From an uncultured Gammaproteobacteria bacterium (GTDB taxonomy: Bacteria > Patescibacteriota > Patescibacteriia > Patescibacteriales > UBA12465), in contig CAZJSQ010000001.1 of the NCBI GenBank assembly GCA_964548885.1, positions 52,782 through 116,781 on the forward strand: a stretch of 64,000 nt of DNA, given 5' to 3'. The notes under the pieces were generated by a model. The model was not told the DNA's origin and ran no database searches. It saw only the letters and a program-made list of their open reading frames with translations. This document shows, piece after piece, positions 9,434 to 19,338 of this stretch (position 1 is its first letter; the number at the start of each line of letters is the position of its first letter). The position numbers were made by a program, and so were the translations under genes.

Positions 9434-11072
9434 TACCAAATACATTTTTGTTGTCGGCGGAGTAATGTCCGGAGTCGGTAAGGGTGTAACCACGGCCTCA
9501 ATCGGCCAGATTTTACAGGCGCACGGCTATAAAGTGAGCGCTATCAAAATGGATCCTTATATCAACGTGGACGCCGGAACCATGAATCCGATTGAGCACG
9601 GCGAAGTTTTCGTGACCGAAGACGGCGATGAAACCGACCAAGATATCGGCAATTATGAAAGATTTTTGAATACTAATATCTATCAGGAGAATTACATGAC
9701 GACCGGCCGGGTCTATCAAAGCGTGATCGCCCGGGAGCGCAACCTGGAATATAAAGGCAAATGCGTCCAAGTCGTGCCGCATATTCCGCAAGAAATTCGG
9801 GAACGAATCGCGAAAGCGGTCGAGAAAACTAAAGCGGAAATAATGATTATTGAAATCGGCGGGACGGTCGGAGAATATGAAAATTTATTGTTCTTGGAAG
9901 CGGCCAGAGTCATGAAACTGTTTAATCCTAAAGACGTTCTGTTCGTGATGGTGTCTTATCTGCCGATACCCAGCAAGATCGGAGAGATGAAGACCAAACC
10001 GACCCAGCACGCCGTTCGCAATCTTCAAGGCGCCGGCATCCAGCTTGATTTTTTGGTGGCGCGCAGCGAGCGGCCGATTGATATGGTGCGCCGGGAAAAA
10101 TTGTCCATTAATTGTAATGTGCCGATAGAAGCGGTTATCGCCGCTCCGGACGTCGATTCTATTTACGATATCCCGCTTAATTTTGAAAAAAATGATTTAG
10201 GGAAACGGATTTTGGAAAAGTTCGGCCTGCCTCTCCGCCAGCATGATAATACGGCCTGGAAAAAAATGGTCGCCGCTTCTAAAACCAAAAAACCGTTGGT
10301 TAACATCGGCATTGTCGGCAAATATTTCGCGAGCGGTGATTTTTCTCTCGGCGATTCCTATATTTCAGTCATCGAAGCCATCAAGCATGCGGCGGCCGTT
10401 AATCATTGTAAGGTAAAGATAAATTGGCTCGGCGCCGAAGACATTGAAACTAAAGGCGTTAAAGTTTTAGCTGGAATGGACGGCATTATCGTTCCTCAAG
10501 GCTGGGGCGGACGCGGGGCGGAAGGGAAGATTAAGACTATCAAGTATTGTCGCGAAAGGGGCGTGCCTTATTTTGGCTTATGCTACGGCATGCAGATGGC
10601 GGTGATTGAGTTCGCTCGCCAGGTCGCGAAATTGAAAGACGCGAATTCAACTGAAGTCGATCCAAAAACCAAGAATCCGGTTATCCATATCATGCCGGAC
10701 CAGGAAAAATTAATTAAAGAAAAAGGTTACGGCGGAACTATCCGTCTCGGCGGTTGGCCCTGTCGGATAGTGCCGGGAACGCATCTGGCCAAGGCTTACG
10801 CCCGCTATACTAAGGCGAAGACCGTTTCCGAGCGCCATCGCCACCGTTATGAATTCAATAATGATTATCGGAGCCGGTTTGAGCAATTAGGTTTGAAAAT
10901 CGCCGGCACCTCGCCGGACGGAGAAATCGTGGAGGCGGTAGAAATCGCCGGCCATCCTTTCTTTATCGGCGTTCAATTCCATCCGGAATATATTTCCCGT
11001 CCCTTGGCGCCGCATCCTTTATTCGTCGAGTTCGTCAAGGTTTGCAAGAGTATGGGGAAAAGGAAAAAATAA
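9429..11072 (+). CDS. pyrG: CTP synthase
   Basis: GGVMSGVGKG, DPYINVDAGTM, KTKPTQ, GLCYGMQ, RHRHRYE, QFHPE. Confidence 0.97.
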   Translation: MTTKYIFVVGGVMSGVGKGVTTASIGQILQAHGYKVSAIKMDPYINVDAGTMNPIEHGEVFVTEDGDETDQDIGNYERFLNTNIYQENYMTTGRVYQSVIARERNLEYKGKCVQVVPHIPQEIRERIAKAVEKTKAEIMIIEIGGTVGEYENLLFLEAARVMKLFNPKDVLFVMVSYLPIPSKIGEMKTKPTQHAVRNLQGAGIQLDFLVARSERPIDMVRREKLSINCNVPIEAVIAAPDVDSIYDIPLNFEKNDLGKRILEKFGLPLRQHDNTAWKKMVAASKTKKPLVNIGIVGKYFASGDFSLGDSYISVIEAIKHAAAVNHCKVKINWLGAEDIETKGVKVLAGMDGIIVPQGWGGRGAEGKIKTIKYCRERGVPYFGLCYGMQMAVIEFARQVAKLKDANSTEVDPKTKNPVIHIMPDQEKLIKEKGYGGTIRLGGWPCRIVPGTHLAKAYARYTKAKTVSERHRHRYEFNNDYRSRFEQLGLKIAGTSPDGEIVEAVEIAGHPFFIGVQFHPEYISRPLAPHPLFVEFVKVCKSMGKRKK

Positions 11073-11100
11073 AAAAGGAGTTAATTATTATTTTAAAAAT

Positions 11101-11976
11101 ATGTCGACTAAAAAACTAGCCACCGCTTTAGGAGTTTTAATAGTTGTGATTATCGGCGTCGGGCTGATCGCGATTAATTTAAGACCGGTCGGCGATAAAA
11201 CCGATTTAACAGACGACCAAGCCGATTTAACGCCAGCGGACAATCTTGCCGGCGATAAGTCTGATTTGATAAAAATAAGCAATCTTATTTCCGGCCAGGT
11301 TATCCAGAGCCCCTTAACTATTGAAGGCGAAGCGCGCGGCTATTGGTTTTTTGAGGCCAGTTTTCCGGTTAAGCTTTATAACGAGAGTGGCCAACTAATC
11401 GGCACCGCCATCGCCCAGGCTAGCGCCGATTGGATGACAAATAATTTCGTGCCTTTTAAAGCGGAATTAAATTTCAATAATTCAACGAGCACCATCGGGA
11501 CGCTGGTTTTAGAAAAAGATAATCCTTCCGGTTTATCGGAAAATTCTGATGAGTTACGCTTGCCGGTGAAATTTTTGGCTGGTTCGGAAAAGATAAAGGT
11601 CAAAGTTTTCTTCAATAATAATAAATTAGACCCGGAAATAACCTGCCTTCGGGTCTTCCCGGTGGAACGAGAAATAGTTAAAACTTTATCCGTCGCTCGG
11701 GCCGCCCTAACCGAACTTCTGGCGGGGACGACACCGGCCGAAGACGCGGACGGCTTTACTACCAGCCTTAATCCCAACGTTAAGATTCAAAGCTTGACTA
11801 TTGAGGATGGGGTGGCGAAAGTTGATTTTAATGAACAGTTAGAAGCGGGCGTCGGCGGTTCTTGCCGGGTGGCGGCGATTAGCGCCCAAATAAGGGAGAC
11901 TCTTAAGCAGTTTTTAAGCGTAAAAAATGTCATCATTTCCATTAACGGGCGCATTGAAGATATTCTCCAGCCCTAA
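11101..11976 (+). CDS. Membrane-anchored Gmad2 Ig-like + GerMN domain protein
   Basis: TM anchor; G.ARGYWFFEASFPV and KDNPSG (Gmad2); GGSCRVAAI..QI..TL.QF..V (GerMN). Confidence 0.85.
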   Translation: MSTKKLATALGVLIVVIIGVGLIAINLRPVGDKTDLTDDQADLTPADNLAGDKSDLIKISNLISGQVIQSPLTIEGEARGYWFFEASFPVKLYNESGQLIGTAIAQASADWMTNNFVPFKAELNFNNSTSTIGTLVLEKDNPSGLSENSDELRLPVKFLAGSEKIKVKVFFNNNKLDPEITCLRVFPVEREIVKTLSVARAALTELLAGTTPAEDADGFTTSLNPNVKIQSLTIEDGVAKVDFNEQLEAGVGGSCRVAAISAQIRETLKQFLSVKNVIISINGRIEDILQP

Positions 11977-12011
11977 AGATCAAAAATTCGGAGATAAAGA
12001 GAAACTCTCTT

Positions 12012-12044
12012 AAAAGCTTAAACATCCTTCGTTTAAGCTTTTTT
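12012..12044 (+). terminator. Intrinsic terminator
   Basis: AAAAGCTTAAAC-loop-GTTTAAGCTTTT followed by more T. Confidence 0.7.
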
Positions 12045-12129
12045 AGCGGTAACGTGCTACACTGTAAGGGTAGGGGTTATAGAAACGATTAAAAGAGGCC
12101 ATAAGGGTGTTGCCTTTACTTAACGAAGG

Positions 12130-12173
12130 TATTGACAAAGATATTGACAAAGATATAGCATACGTGCTATATT
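12130..12173 (+). promoter_or_regulatory. Sigma70 promoter with duplicated -35 box and a palindrome over the -10
   Basis: TATTGACAAAGA x2 (12130-12153); ATATAGCA-TACG-TGCTATAT palindrome at 12153-12172. Confidence 0.6.
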
Positions 12174-12310
12174 TTTGGTTATCCGGCACTTTAACATTTA
12201 TGTTTTTGATTAGTATTTATTGGATTATCCTAGCTTCTTTACGGGGGTTGAGATAATCCAATAAAGGATTAATCATTAACTAAAACTAAAACTAAAAAGG
12301 GAGTAATAAG

Positions 12311-13024
12311 ATGTATAATTCAAAAAAAATTATCGTTGTCTTACCGGCTTATAACGCGGTTAAGACTTTAGAAAAAACGGTTCATGATTTACCGTCGCTT
12401 GTTGACGAAATAATTTTGGTTGACGATAAGAGTAGCGACGCCACGGCGGCGCTCGCGCGTGATTTAGGCTTATTCGTCTTTAGTCACGAAAAAAACGGCG
12501 GCTATGGCGCCAATCAGAAAACTTGTTATCGCTTGGCCTTGGAACATGGGGCGGATATTATCGTAATGATCCATCCCGATTATCAATATGATCCGAAACT
12601 GGTGAAATATTTCGCCGAATTTATCGGTGATGATTGTTTCGACGTCATGCTCGGCACGCGCATCCGCTCGCGTCGGGAAACGGCGGCCGGCGGCATGCCC
12701 GGTTATAAGTATGTGGCCAATCGCGCTTTAACCATTTTTGAGAATCTCATCAGCGGCTATAATTTGTCCGAATGGCATACCGGCATGCGCGCTTATAAGC
12801 GGGAAGTTTTGGAAAAAATTGATTGGCAGAGCAATTCCGACGATTTCGTCTTTGATAGCCAAGTTTTATTTCAAATCGTCGCCCGGCGCTATCGGATCGG
12901 AGAAATTCCGGTGCCAGTCCGTTATTTTAAAGAAGCTTCGTCCATTAATTTTTGGCGGAGCCTTAAATATGGCTTGGGCACGGTCTGGACCGGCTTAAAA
13001 TATTTAGCCGGACAAATGAAATAA
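12311..13024 (+). CDS. Glycosyltransferase family 2 (DPM1-like)
   Basis: VVLPAYNA, LVDDKSSD, GYGANQK, HPDYQY motifs. Confidence 0.9.
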   Translation: MYNSKKIIVVLPAYNAVKTLEKTVHDLPSLVDEIILVDDKSSDATAALARDLGLFVFSHEKNGGYGANQKTCYRLALEHGADIIVMIHPDYQYDPKLVKYFAEFIGDDCFDVMLGTRIRSRRETAAGGMPGYKYVANRALTIFENLISGYNLSEWHTGMRAYKREVLEKIDWQSNSDDFVFDSQVLFQIVARRYRIGEIPVPVRYFKEASSINFWRSLKYGLGTVWTGLKYLAGQMK

Positions 13025-13046
13025 TTTAACCGCTAGCCGTCATTTT

Positions 13047-13080
13047 GAGGTAACTTAATCATAGTTACCTCTTTTTTATT
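13047..13080 (+). terminator. Intrinsic terminator
   Basis: GAGGTAACT-loop-AGTTACCTC followed by a T tract. Confidence 0.75.
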
Positions 13081-13158
13081 TTTTACTGGCGCCGGGCGTT
13101 AAAACGTGTTAAGATGATAATAGACAACAATGAGATTAGAAATTAATTTTGACTATTT

Positions 13159-13314
13159 ATGGAAAAAGCTTTAAATGATTTTGTCTCTCATGACCGGAAA
13201 ATTTTTAAATGGAAAATAGGCAAAGTGCTGGCCTCGTCCTTGTCCGGATTCATCGCCGGGATTATCGTCAGCGCTATTTTCTTCTCAACCGTCTTTGACC
13301 TGACTTTAAAATAA
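13159..13314 (+). CDS. Small single-TM protein, 51 aa (absent from ORF track)
   Basis: MEKALNDFVSHDRKIFKWKIGKVLASSLSGFIAGIIVSAIFFSTVFDLTLK*; basic N-terminus then hydrophobic helix; fills an intergenic gap. Confidence 0.7.
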   Translation: MEKALNDFVSHDRKIFKWKIGKVLASSLSGFIAGIIVSAIFFSTVFDLTLK

Positions 13315-13402
13315 AAAAACATCGGTTTTTAACGGCGAAAAGCTAAAGGTCGACGTTTTTAGAAAACCCGAACTTTATAATATGAGCGCGTGATAAAACA
13401 AT

Positions 13403-13909
13403 ATGAAAAAATATCTTATTATAACTGTTTTAGTTTTACCGATATTATTTTTATCGGCCTGCGGTCTGAATAAAGAGGCTAATAATACCGGCTCAAAAAA
13501 CCTCATTCCTGATGAGGCGCTGGTACCGATAGCTGACGAAACGCCGGCTCCGGCGTCGGCGCCGGCCTCGGCTCCGGCCCCGGTCCCGACCCCAGCGCCG
13601 GCAGTCGATAGAACGGCGATGGTTGATTGCGGCAGCGGCGAAGACCCTTTTTGTTTCTTAAACAGGATGAATGAATGTTTGCCGGTAACCATTGAAATGA
13701 CGGGCGGCGACAAAACGACCAAAATCGCCATGACGATTCTGGGGATAGAAGACGGAAAATGTCATTTTCAAAGAAAGATAAACGACGTCATGAATCTTAA
13801 TTGTTTCTTCCCCAAAGGAACCATGAATCAGAATACCCTCGACCAGACTTTCGGAAACGATAGGGGCCTGCAAAAAGTGGTCGATGACGCCTGTAATTCG
13901 GGCTGGTAA
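13403..13909 (+). CDS. Putative lipoprotein with Pro/Ala-rich linker and Cys-rich domain
   Basis: Lipobox LSAC, (PA)n tract, six further Cys in the C-terminal domain. Confidence 0.75.
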   Translation: MKKYLIITVLVLPILFLSACGLNKEANNTGSKNLIPDEALVPIADETPAPASAPASAPAPVPTPAPAVDRTAMVDCGSGEDPFCFLNRMNECLPVTIEMTGGDKTTKIAMTILGIEDGKCHFQRKINDVMNLNCFFPKGTMNQNTLDQTFGNDRGLQKVVDDACNSGW

Positions 13910-14153
13910 TCGGCCGGAAGGAGCGACGAGAATCGAAATCAATCCAAAAAATAAAATATTTATAATTTAAGAGCCTTTAACCGGGCCCTTTTATTTATTC
14001 TTTAGAAAAAATTTATATTTTCTTTATTTATTTGACTAAACTTAGTAGAAGTGGTTCAATATTAGGATAAAAACAAAAATATGAAAAATAATAAGATATT
14101 AAACAATCAGATTGTAAGGATTTCTTACAAATTCAAAATGTAAAATAGGAAAT

Positions 14154-16079
14154 ATGGACAATAAAATCATCTCTAAAAAAACAATCAGCTTATCCCTTCT
14201 CGTCGGCGCCCTCGGAGTTGTTTTCGGCGATATCGGCACGTCGCCGCTCTATGCTTTGAAAGTAACCTTCTTCGGACTTCATCCCTTGGCCCGCAATCCG
14301 GAGAACGTCCTCGGCGTCCTTTCCTTGGTTTTCTGGGCGCTGATGATTATCGTGACTATAAAATATATCTTGTTGATTATGCGGGCCGACAATAAAGGCG
14401 AGGGCGGAATCTTCGCTTTGCTCGCTTTGTTGCGGCAAGGGAGAGTCCGCCGGATTTTCGGTCTAAGCGTCACAGCCGTGGTTTTAGTGGGCGCGACTCT
14501 GCTTTTCGGCGACGGCGTCATCACTCCGGCCATCTCGGTCTTATCGGCGGTTGAAGGGTTTGAAATATTATCGTCGAACTTGGCGTCCTACGTGGTCCCT
14601 CTGACTATTCTTATTCTCATCGGCTTATTTTATATCCAAAAGAAGGGAACCGGGCGAGTCGGCCGGCTCTTCGGTCCGGTTATGGTTATCTGGTTTATCG
14701 CCCTTATCGTCTTGGGCTTGCCGGCGATCATTAAATATCCGCAAGTCTTAGCCGCTATCAACCCCCTGGCCGCTTATCGCTTCGTCTGCACTCACGCCTG
14801 GTCGACTTTTTTTGTTTTGAGTTCAGTCGCTTTGTGTATTACCGGCTGTGAGGCGCTTTATGCCGATATGGGTCATTTTAACCGCCGCGTCATCACCTCG
14901 GCCTGGGCGGGTTTGGTTTATCCGGCTCTTATAATTAATTATTTCGGTCAGGGCGCCCTATTATTATCCGGGCAAGAGATTGTCGGCGGCAATACTTTTT
15001 ACGCCTTAGCGCCGCAATGGGCTTTCTTGGGCGTCGTTATTTTAGCGACCGTGGCCACGATAATCGCCAGCCAAGCGCTTATCTCCGGCGTTTATTCTTT
15101 GACCAGCCAGGCCATCGCCCTGGGCTTGTTCCCGAAAATAAAAATCGTCCACACCAATCCGGCTATCGGCGGCCAGATTTATATCCCTTTTATAAATAGC
15201 GTCCTGGCGGTGAGCTGTATCGCCCTCGTCCTCGCTTTCCGCACTTCCGGCGGCTTGGCGGCGGCTTACGGCTTGGCCGTTACCGGCACGATGGTTATCA
15301 CGACTTTAGTGTTCTATGCTTTGATTCGTTATCTTTGGAAATGGCCTTTATGGATAGTTACGCCGCTCATTTCTTTCTTACTGATTATAGATTTAGCTTT
15401 CTTTTCCGGCACGCTCTTAAAATTCTGGCAGGGCGGTTTTGTGCCGGTTATAATCGCCATCGCGCTATTTATCATTATGTCCACCTGGGATTGGGGTCGA
15501 ACCCTGTCTCATATCGCTCATCTCAAACTGCCCGGCCTTTCCGTCGGAAAATTCATTGAACTGCAAGCGGAACATAAAGATAAATTGTTAAACCGTTCGG
15601 TCGTCGTTATGTCTTCACGGCCGATAACTAACCGTCATGACCGTATTCCGGCGGCCATGGATTCTTTTCTGTCCAAATGGGGTTTGTACATTCCGAAACA
15701 TATAATCTTCATGAATATCGTTTTCCTTAACAGTCCGCGGGCAAATAGAGGCAGTCGCTATCGGATTATTAATTTCCAATCCGCCGCCGCCGGCAGCAGT
15801 ATGGTTTCCGTCCAAGCTTTTTATGGGTATATGCAGACGCCGGATATTAGACACGTCTTAACGGATTTAAAAGAAAAGGGGCTGATAAAGATTCCGAGCG
15901 ACCCTAAAAAATGGTTGGTCCTTATCGCCAGGGATAATTTTATAACCAGGCCGCGCAATATCTTGCGCCGGTGGCGAATTGTCCTTCTGGATGCCATGTT
16001 GCGCTATACTAAGCCGATTACCAGCTATTACGGCCTGGGGGCTGATAATAAGGTTGATATTGAGATTATAAATATCTAA
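14154..16079 (+). CDS. kup: KUP/HAK/KT potassium uptake transporter
   Basis: GVVFGDIGTSPLYA, GEGGIFAL, ITPAISVLSAVEG, EALYADMGHF, AYGLAV. Confidence 0.95.
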   Translation: MDNKIISKKTISLSLLVGALGVVFGDIGTSPLYALKVTFFGLHPLARNPENVLGVLSLVFWALMIIVTIKYILLIMRADNKGEGGIFALLALLRQGRVRRIFGLSVTAVVLVGATLLFGDGVITPAISVLSAVEGFEILSSNLASYVVPLTILILIGLFYIQKKGTGRVGRLFGPVMVIWFIALIVLGLPAIIKYPQVLAAINPLAAYRFVCTHAWSTFFVLSSVALCITGCEALYADMGHFNRRVITSAWAGLVYPALIINYFGQGALLLSGQEIVGGNTFYALAPQWAFLGVVILATVATIIASQALISGVYSLTSQAIALGLFPKIKIVHTNPAIGGQIYIPFINSVLAVSCIALVLAFRTSGGLAAAYGLAVTGTMVITTLVFYALIRYLWKWPLWIVTPLISFLLIIDLAFFSGTLLKFWQGGFVPVIIAIALFIIMSTWDWGRTLSHIAHLKLPGLSVGKFIELQAEHKDKLLNRSVVVMSSRPITNRHDRIPAAMDSFLSKWGLYIPKHIIFMNIVFLNSPRANRGSRYRIINFQSAAAGSSMVSVQAFYGYMQTPDIRHVLTDLKEKGLIKIPSDPKKWLVLIARDNFITRPRNILRRWRIVLLDAMLRYTKPITSYYGLGADNKVDIEIINI

Positions 16080-16100
16080 TGAGCGTTTCAGCCGAAACCC

Positions 16101-16129
16101 TTGACTTATTAATTTTTACGTGGTACAGT
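16101..16129 (+). promoter_or_regulatory. Sigma70-like promoter of the cold-shock gene
   Basis: TTGACT-17 nt-TACAGT with TG extension. Confidence 0.55.
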
Positions 16130-16219
16130 GTTTAAGCAACAATAAGTGTGTCAAAAAAGTAGTCGATTTTTAAACTCTTTATTAAATTGCAATCTTACAA
16201 ACTAAGTCTAAAATTTTTT

Positions 16220-16417
16220 ATGACTGGCACTATCAAAACTTTAACCGATAAAGGTTTCGGTTTCATTAAGGTAGAAGGTCAAGAAAAAGATTTATTCTTT
16301 CACAGCAACTCATTGGTTGGTGTCCAATACAATGAATTGCGCGAGGGCGACGCTGTTTCTTTTGAAACAGAGAACTCTCCGAAAGGAATGAACGCGGTTA
16401 ATGTTAAACGCGCTTAA
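16220..16417 (+). CDS. Cold-shock protein
   Basis: RNP1 KGFGFI and RNP2 LFFH; ATG at 16220. Confidence 0.93.
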   Translation: MTGTIKTLTDKGFGFIKVEGQEKDLFFHSNSLVGVQYNELREGDAVSFETENSPKGMNAVNVKRA

Positions 16418-16436
16418 TATCTCTCTTGAAATCAAG

Positions 16437-16471
16437 GTCCCGCCTAAGTAAAACTGGGCGGGATTTTGTTT
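16437..16471 (+). terminator. Intrinsic terminator after the cold-shock gene
   Basis: TCCCGCC…GGCGGGA stem followed by TTTTGTTT. Confidence 0.7.
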
Positions 16472-16518
16472 GGGGCCCGGAGAGAATCAGAAAAAAACGG
16501 GCCGCTTATTTTTTCATT

Positions 16519-17946
16519 ATGACAGACAACACTAAACTTAATCACTCAACAAACAAGCTTAATCACTTAGCGGATGAAGCGGCTCAAGCCGCGTCGCCGG
16601 GATTTTCTGATTTAGGCGTCAGCGCTTCAATTCTGGAAATCCTCAAAAAACTTAATTTAAACACGCCGACGCCCATTCAGCGAAAAACCATCCCGATCGC
16701 TATCGCCGGTCAGGATTTGATCGGCATAGCGCAGACCGGAACCGGAAAGACTTACGCTTTCGGCATCCCGATGCTCCAGCGCCTCGGCGCCAGTAAAGGG
16801 CAGGGTCTGGTTATCGCGCCGACGCGCGAACTAGCTCTGCAAATTGAAGAAAGCTTGAAAAAATTAGGTCAGGCTTTAGGGCTCCGGACCGCTATTTTAA
16901 TTGGCGGCGAAGCTCTGGATCGTCAGCTTTTTCAGCTGCGCAAGAAACCGCATATTATCATCGCGACTCCGGGACGGTTGATTGATCATCTCAAGCGCCG
17001 GACTTTCAAGTTGGACGAGATCAAGACTCTGGTTCTTGATGAGGCGGATATGATGCTGGATTTAGGTTTTGCGCCGCAGATTCGGGAGATTTTAAAACAA
17101 GCGCCCGAGGAGCGCCAGACCCTGCTGTTTTCGGCGACTATGCCCGCGGCAATCGTTCGGATAGCGGCTAATTATATGAAACTTCCGGTCAGCATTGAAG
17201 TGGCGCCGTCGGGAACGACCGTCGCTCAAGTCGATCAGGAAATATTTATAATCAACGGCGACGAGCGTTTTGAACATTTGCAAAAAGTTCTCGCTCAATA
17301 TACCGGTTCGGTCCTGGTTTTTCTTCGGACCAAGCACACTGTTAAAGCCTTGGCCCGCAAGTTGCAATTGCTGGGTCATAAGGCCATAGAAATCCATTCT
17401 AATTTATCTTTGAATCGCCGCCGCGCCGCCTTAAATGATTTTAAATCCAAAAAAGAACGTATTTTAGTGGCGACTGACGTCGCCGCTCGCGGTTTGGATG
17501 TTCATGGCATAGAATTGGTAGTTAATTACAATCTGCCTGATAATTCTGAAGATTATGTTCATCGCATCGGGCGAACCGGACGGGCCGGACAAACCGGGAA
17601 GGCGATTACTTTCGCGACCGCCGACGAACAGAGAGAAATTCGCGATATTGAAAAATTGATCAATAAGAATATCAAACGGACGGAATTCGTGAAATTCAAT
17701 AAAGATTTTTCTTCGGCCGGCGCCGGCGAGCGGAAGAAAAAAATATTTAGGAGCAGTTCTCGGTATCACGCCGGAAAAAACTTTCAGCATGATACGCCCA
17801 GTACGCGTAGCATATCTAGTATGCGTAGCGAAGCTTCGCCTCATACGGCTGATAGACGCGGGCTGTCGCCTCTGCATCTGGCCAGTAGGCGTAAACAATC
17901 GTCTCCGCGGCGATTTTCGTACCACGGTCAGCGTCCGACTAAATAA
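16519..17946 (+). CDS. DEAD-box RNA helicase
   Basis: Q motif, AQTGTGKT, PTREL, DEAD, SAT, ARGLD, HRIGRTGR; ATG at 16519. Confidence 0.95.
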   Translation: MTDNTKLNHSTNKLNHLADEAAQAASPGFSDLGVSASILEILKKLNLNTPTPIQRKTIPIAIAGQDLIGIAQTGTGKTYAFGIPMLQRLGASKGQGLVIAPTRELALQIEESLKKLGQALGLRTAILIGGEALDRQLFQLRKKPHIIIATPGRLIDHLKRRTFKLDEIKTLVLDEADMMLDLGFAPQIREILKQAPEERQTLLFSATMPAAIVRIAANYMKLPVSIEVAPSGTTVAQVDQEIFIINGDERFEHLQKVLAQYTGSVLVFLRTKHTVKALARKLQLLGHKAIEIHSNLSLNRRRAALNDFKSKKERILVATDVAARGLDVHGIELVVNYNLPDNSEDYVHRIGRTGRAGQTGKAITFATADEQREIRDIEKLINKNIKRTEFVKFNKDFSSAGAGERKKKIFRSSSRYHAGKNFQHDTPSTRSISSMRSEASPHTADRRGLSPLHLASRRKQSSPRRFSYHGQRPTK

Positions 17947-17979
17947 TCTTTTCGACGTCATATTTCACTTAAAAGAAAT

Positions 17980-18009
17980 AAAAAAGGGGCTGTTTTTGCA
18001 GTCCCTTTT
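17980..18009. terminator. Bidirectional terminator between helicase and purC
   Basis: AAAAGGGGCTG…CAGTCCCTTTT between convergent genes. Confidence 0.7.
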
Positions 18010-18032
18010 GCTTCGTATCTCCCTGAAATGAG

Positions 18033-19082
18033 CTAAACGCCCATATCGTTTTTTTTATAGTCTTCCAGACTCTGTCCGGTGAGCATTCGGAATATAGTCA
18101 GATACCGGTCGGCAGTGTCGGTGATAATTTCTTCCGGAATTTTTAAATTATGAACAAAAGCCGCATGTTCCGGATTGGCCGGGTTTAATTTATTAATCCC
18201 GGTAATCTGTCCGTTTTCGTCTTTAAACGGGGTTTCTACCGTTGCGCCCCAATCCCTGACCGGTTGCTTATCCATGAAAGAAGGATCACGTCCTCCGGCC
18301 ATGGCTTTTTCCCAGTCTTCTTTTAGAACAAACCGTGAAGAATCCGGAGTCAGGACTTCGTCAACTATTTTTGGGCCGCCGGCGACCTCAAATTTAGTAT
18401 CTAAAATTAAGATACTTTTTGTTTGAGCGTACGCGTACGCTATCGCGTATGCCTGTTCCAGCATATAAACACTTTGACGAGCCTCTACACCCAGGCCCTT
18501 TTTTGACATCTCGCTGTAAAAGTAATCAGCATCCACATTGATATCGTGGCCCACCTCCTCTTTCGTTGAGGGCGTGAAGATAGGCCATTCCAATTTCGAC
18601 CATTTCGGCAGATTGGCCGGTAGTTGCTGTCCGCCGGCTAAACCCGTTTTCTGGTAGGATTTGAAAATCGATCCGCCGATATGATGGCGAAAAATCATCT
18701 CAAAAGGATAAAGTTTCCCTTTCATATCTTCAATCACCAGGCAACGCTCAAGCGGCAGAGCATGTAGGAAATCCTCCCGCAAATCCCAGGCATCATTAAA
18801 CCCGGGGTGGGTTCCGGATTCAACTAAGTGATGGCTGAACTCATACAATATCTTAGTCAGCCAAAAGTGAGTCAGGGCAGTTAAAGTTTCACCTTTTTTT
18901 GGAACTAAGGCGTTTAAGACGAAATCAAAGATACTGATTCTGTCCGTAGCCACGACCAATAAGCTGTCATTATCAAGGCGCCAAGTATCTCTCACTTTTC
19001 CTTGAGAGACACGTTTCAGTCCGGTTCCCGACAAATATGATGACAATTTGTCGTTTTTTAGTTGTTTTGGAATCTGTGCCAT
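18033..19082 (-). CDS. purC: Phosphoribosylaminoimidazolesuccinocarboxamide (SAICAR) synthase
   Basis: GKVRD, VATDRISIFD, FTPSTK…HDIN, DTKFE, DEVLTPDSSRF, DKQPVRDW. Confidence 0.93.
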   Translation of the reverse strand: MAQIPKQLKNDKLSSYLSGTGLKRVSQGKVRDTWRLDNDSLLVVATDRISIFDFVLNALVPKKGETLTALTHFWLTKILYEFSHHLVESGTHPGFNDAWDLREDFLHALPLERCLVIEDMKGKLYPFEMIFRHHIGGSIFKSYQKTGLAGGQQLPANLPKWSKLEWPIFTPSTKEEVGHDINVDADYFYSEMSKKGLGVEARQSVYMLEQAYAIAYAYAQTKSILILDTKFEVAGGPKIVDEVLTPDSSRFVLKEDWEKAMAGGRDPSFMDKQPVRDWGATVETPFKDENGQITGINKLNPANPEHAAFVHNLKIPEEIITDTADRYLTIFRMLTGQSLEDYKKNDMGV

Positions 19083-19338
19083 TTTTAATTGATTTTTAAT
19101 GAACGTTATACATTATAATTTACGACTTCTAATTCACGAATATTATAGGTATCAAATTATATTAATACAAAAACCGGATAAATGTCAAATCAGTTTTAAA
19201 CAGTTAATTCCCGACGGCTTTTTTCAACGGCCCCTTGCCCGTTTTTTAACGTTTTTTTAATGTTTGTTTTTTAAGGCCGTTTCTGATAAAATTAGATAAT
19301 AAAATGGGGTGTCCCATTAAGATAATCAAATTTAATTT

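Noticed and set aside
13541-13605. GC-rich short repeats as a possible CRISPR or DNA repeat element
   Set aside because: They simply encode the Pro/Ala linker of the lipoprotein; no repeat-spacer periodicity was seen anywhere in the window.
16426-16518. Upstream extension of the DEAD-box helicase ORF
   Set aside because: Runs through the cold-shock gene terminator; ATG 16519 is the more plausible start.
19083-19200. Purine, ZTP or PRPP riboswitch upstream of purC
   Set aside because: The leader is short and very AT-rich with no recognisable aptamer consensus.
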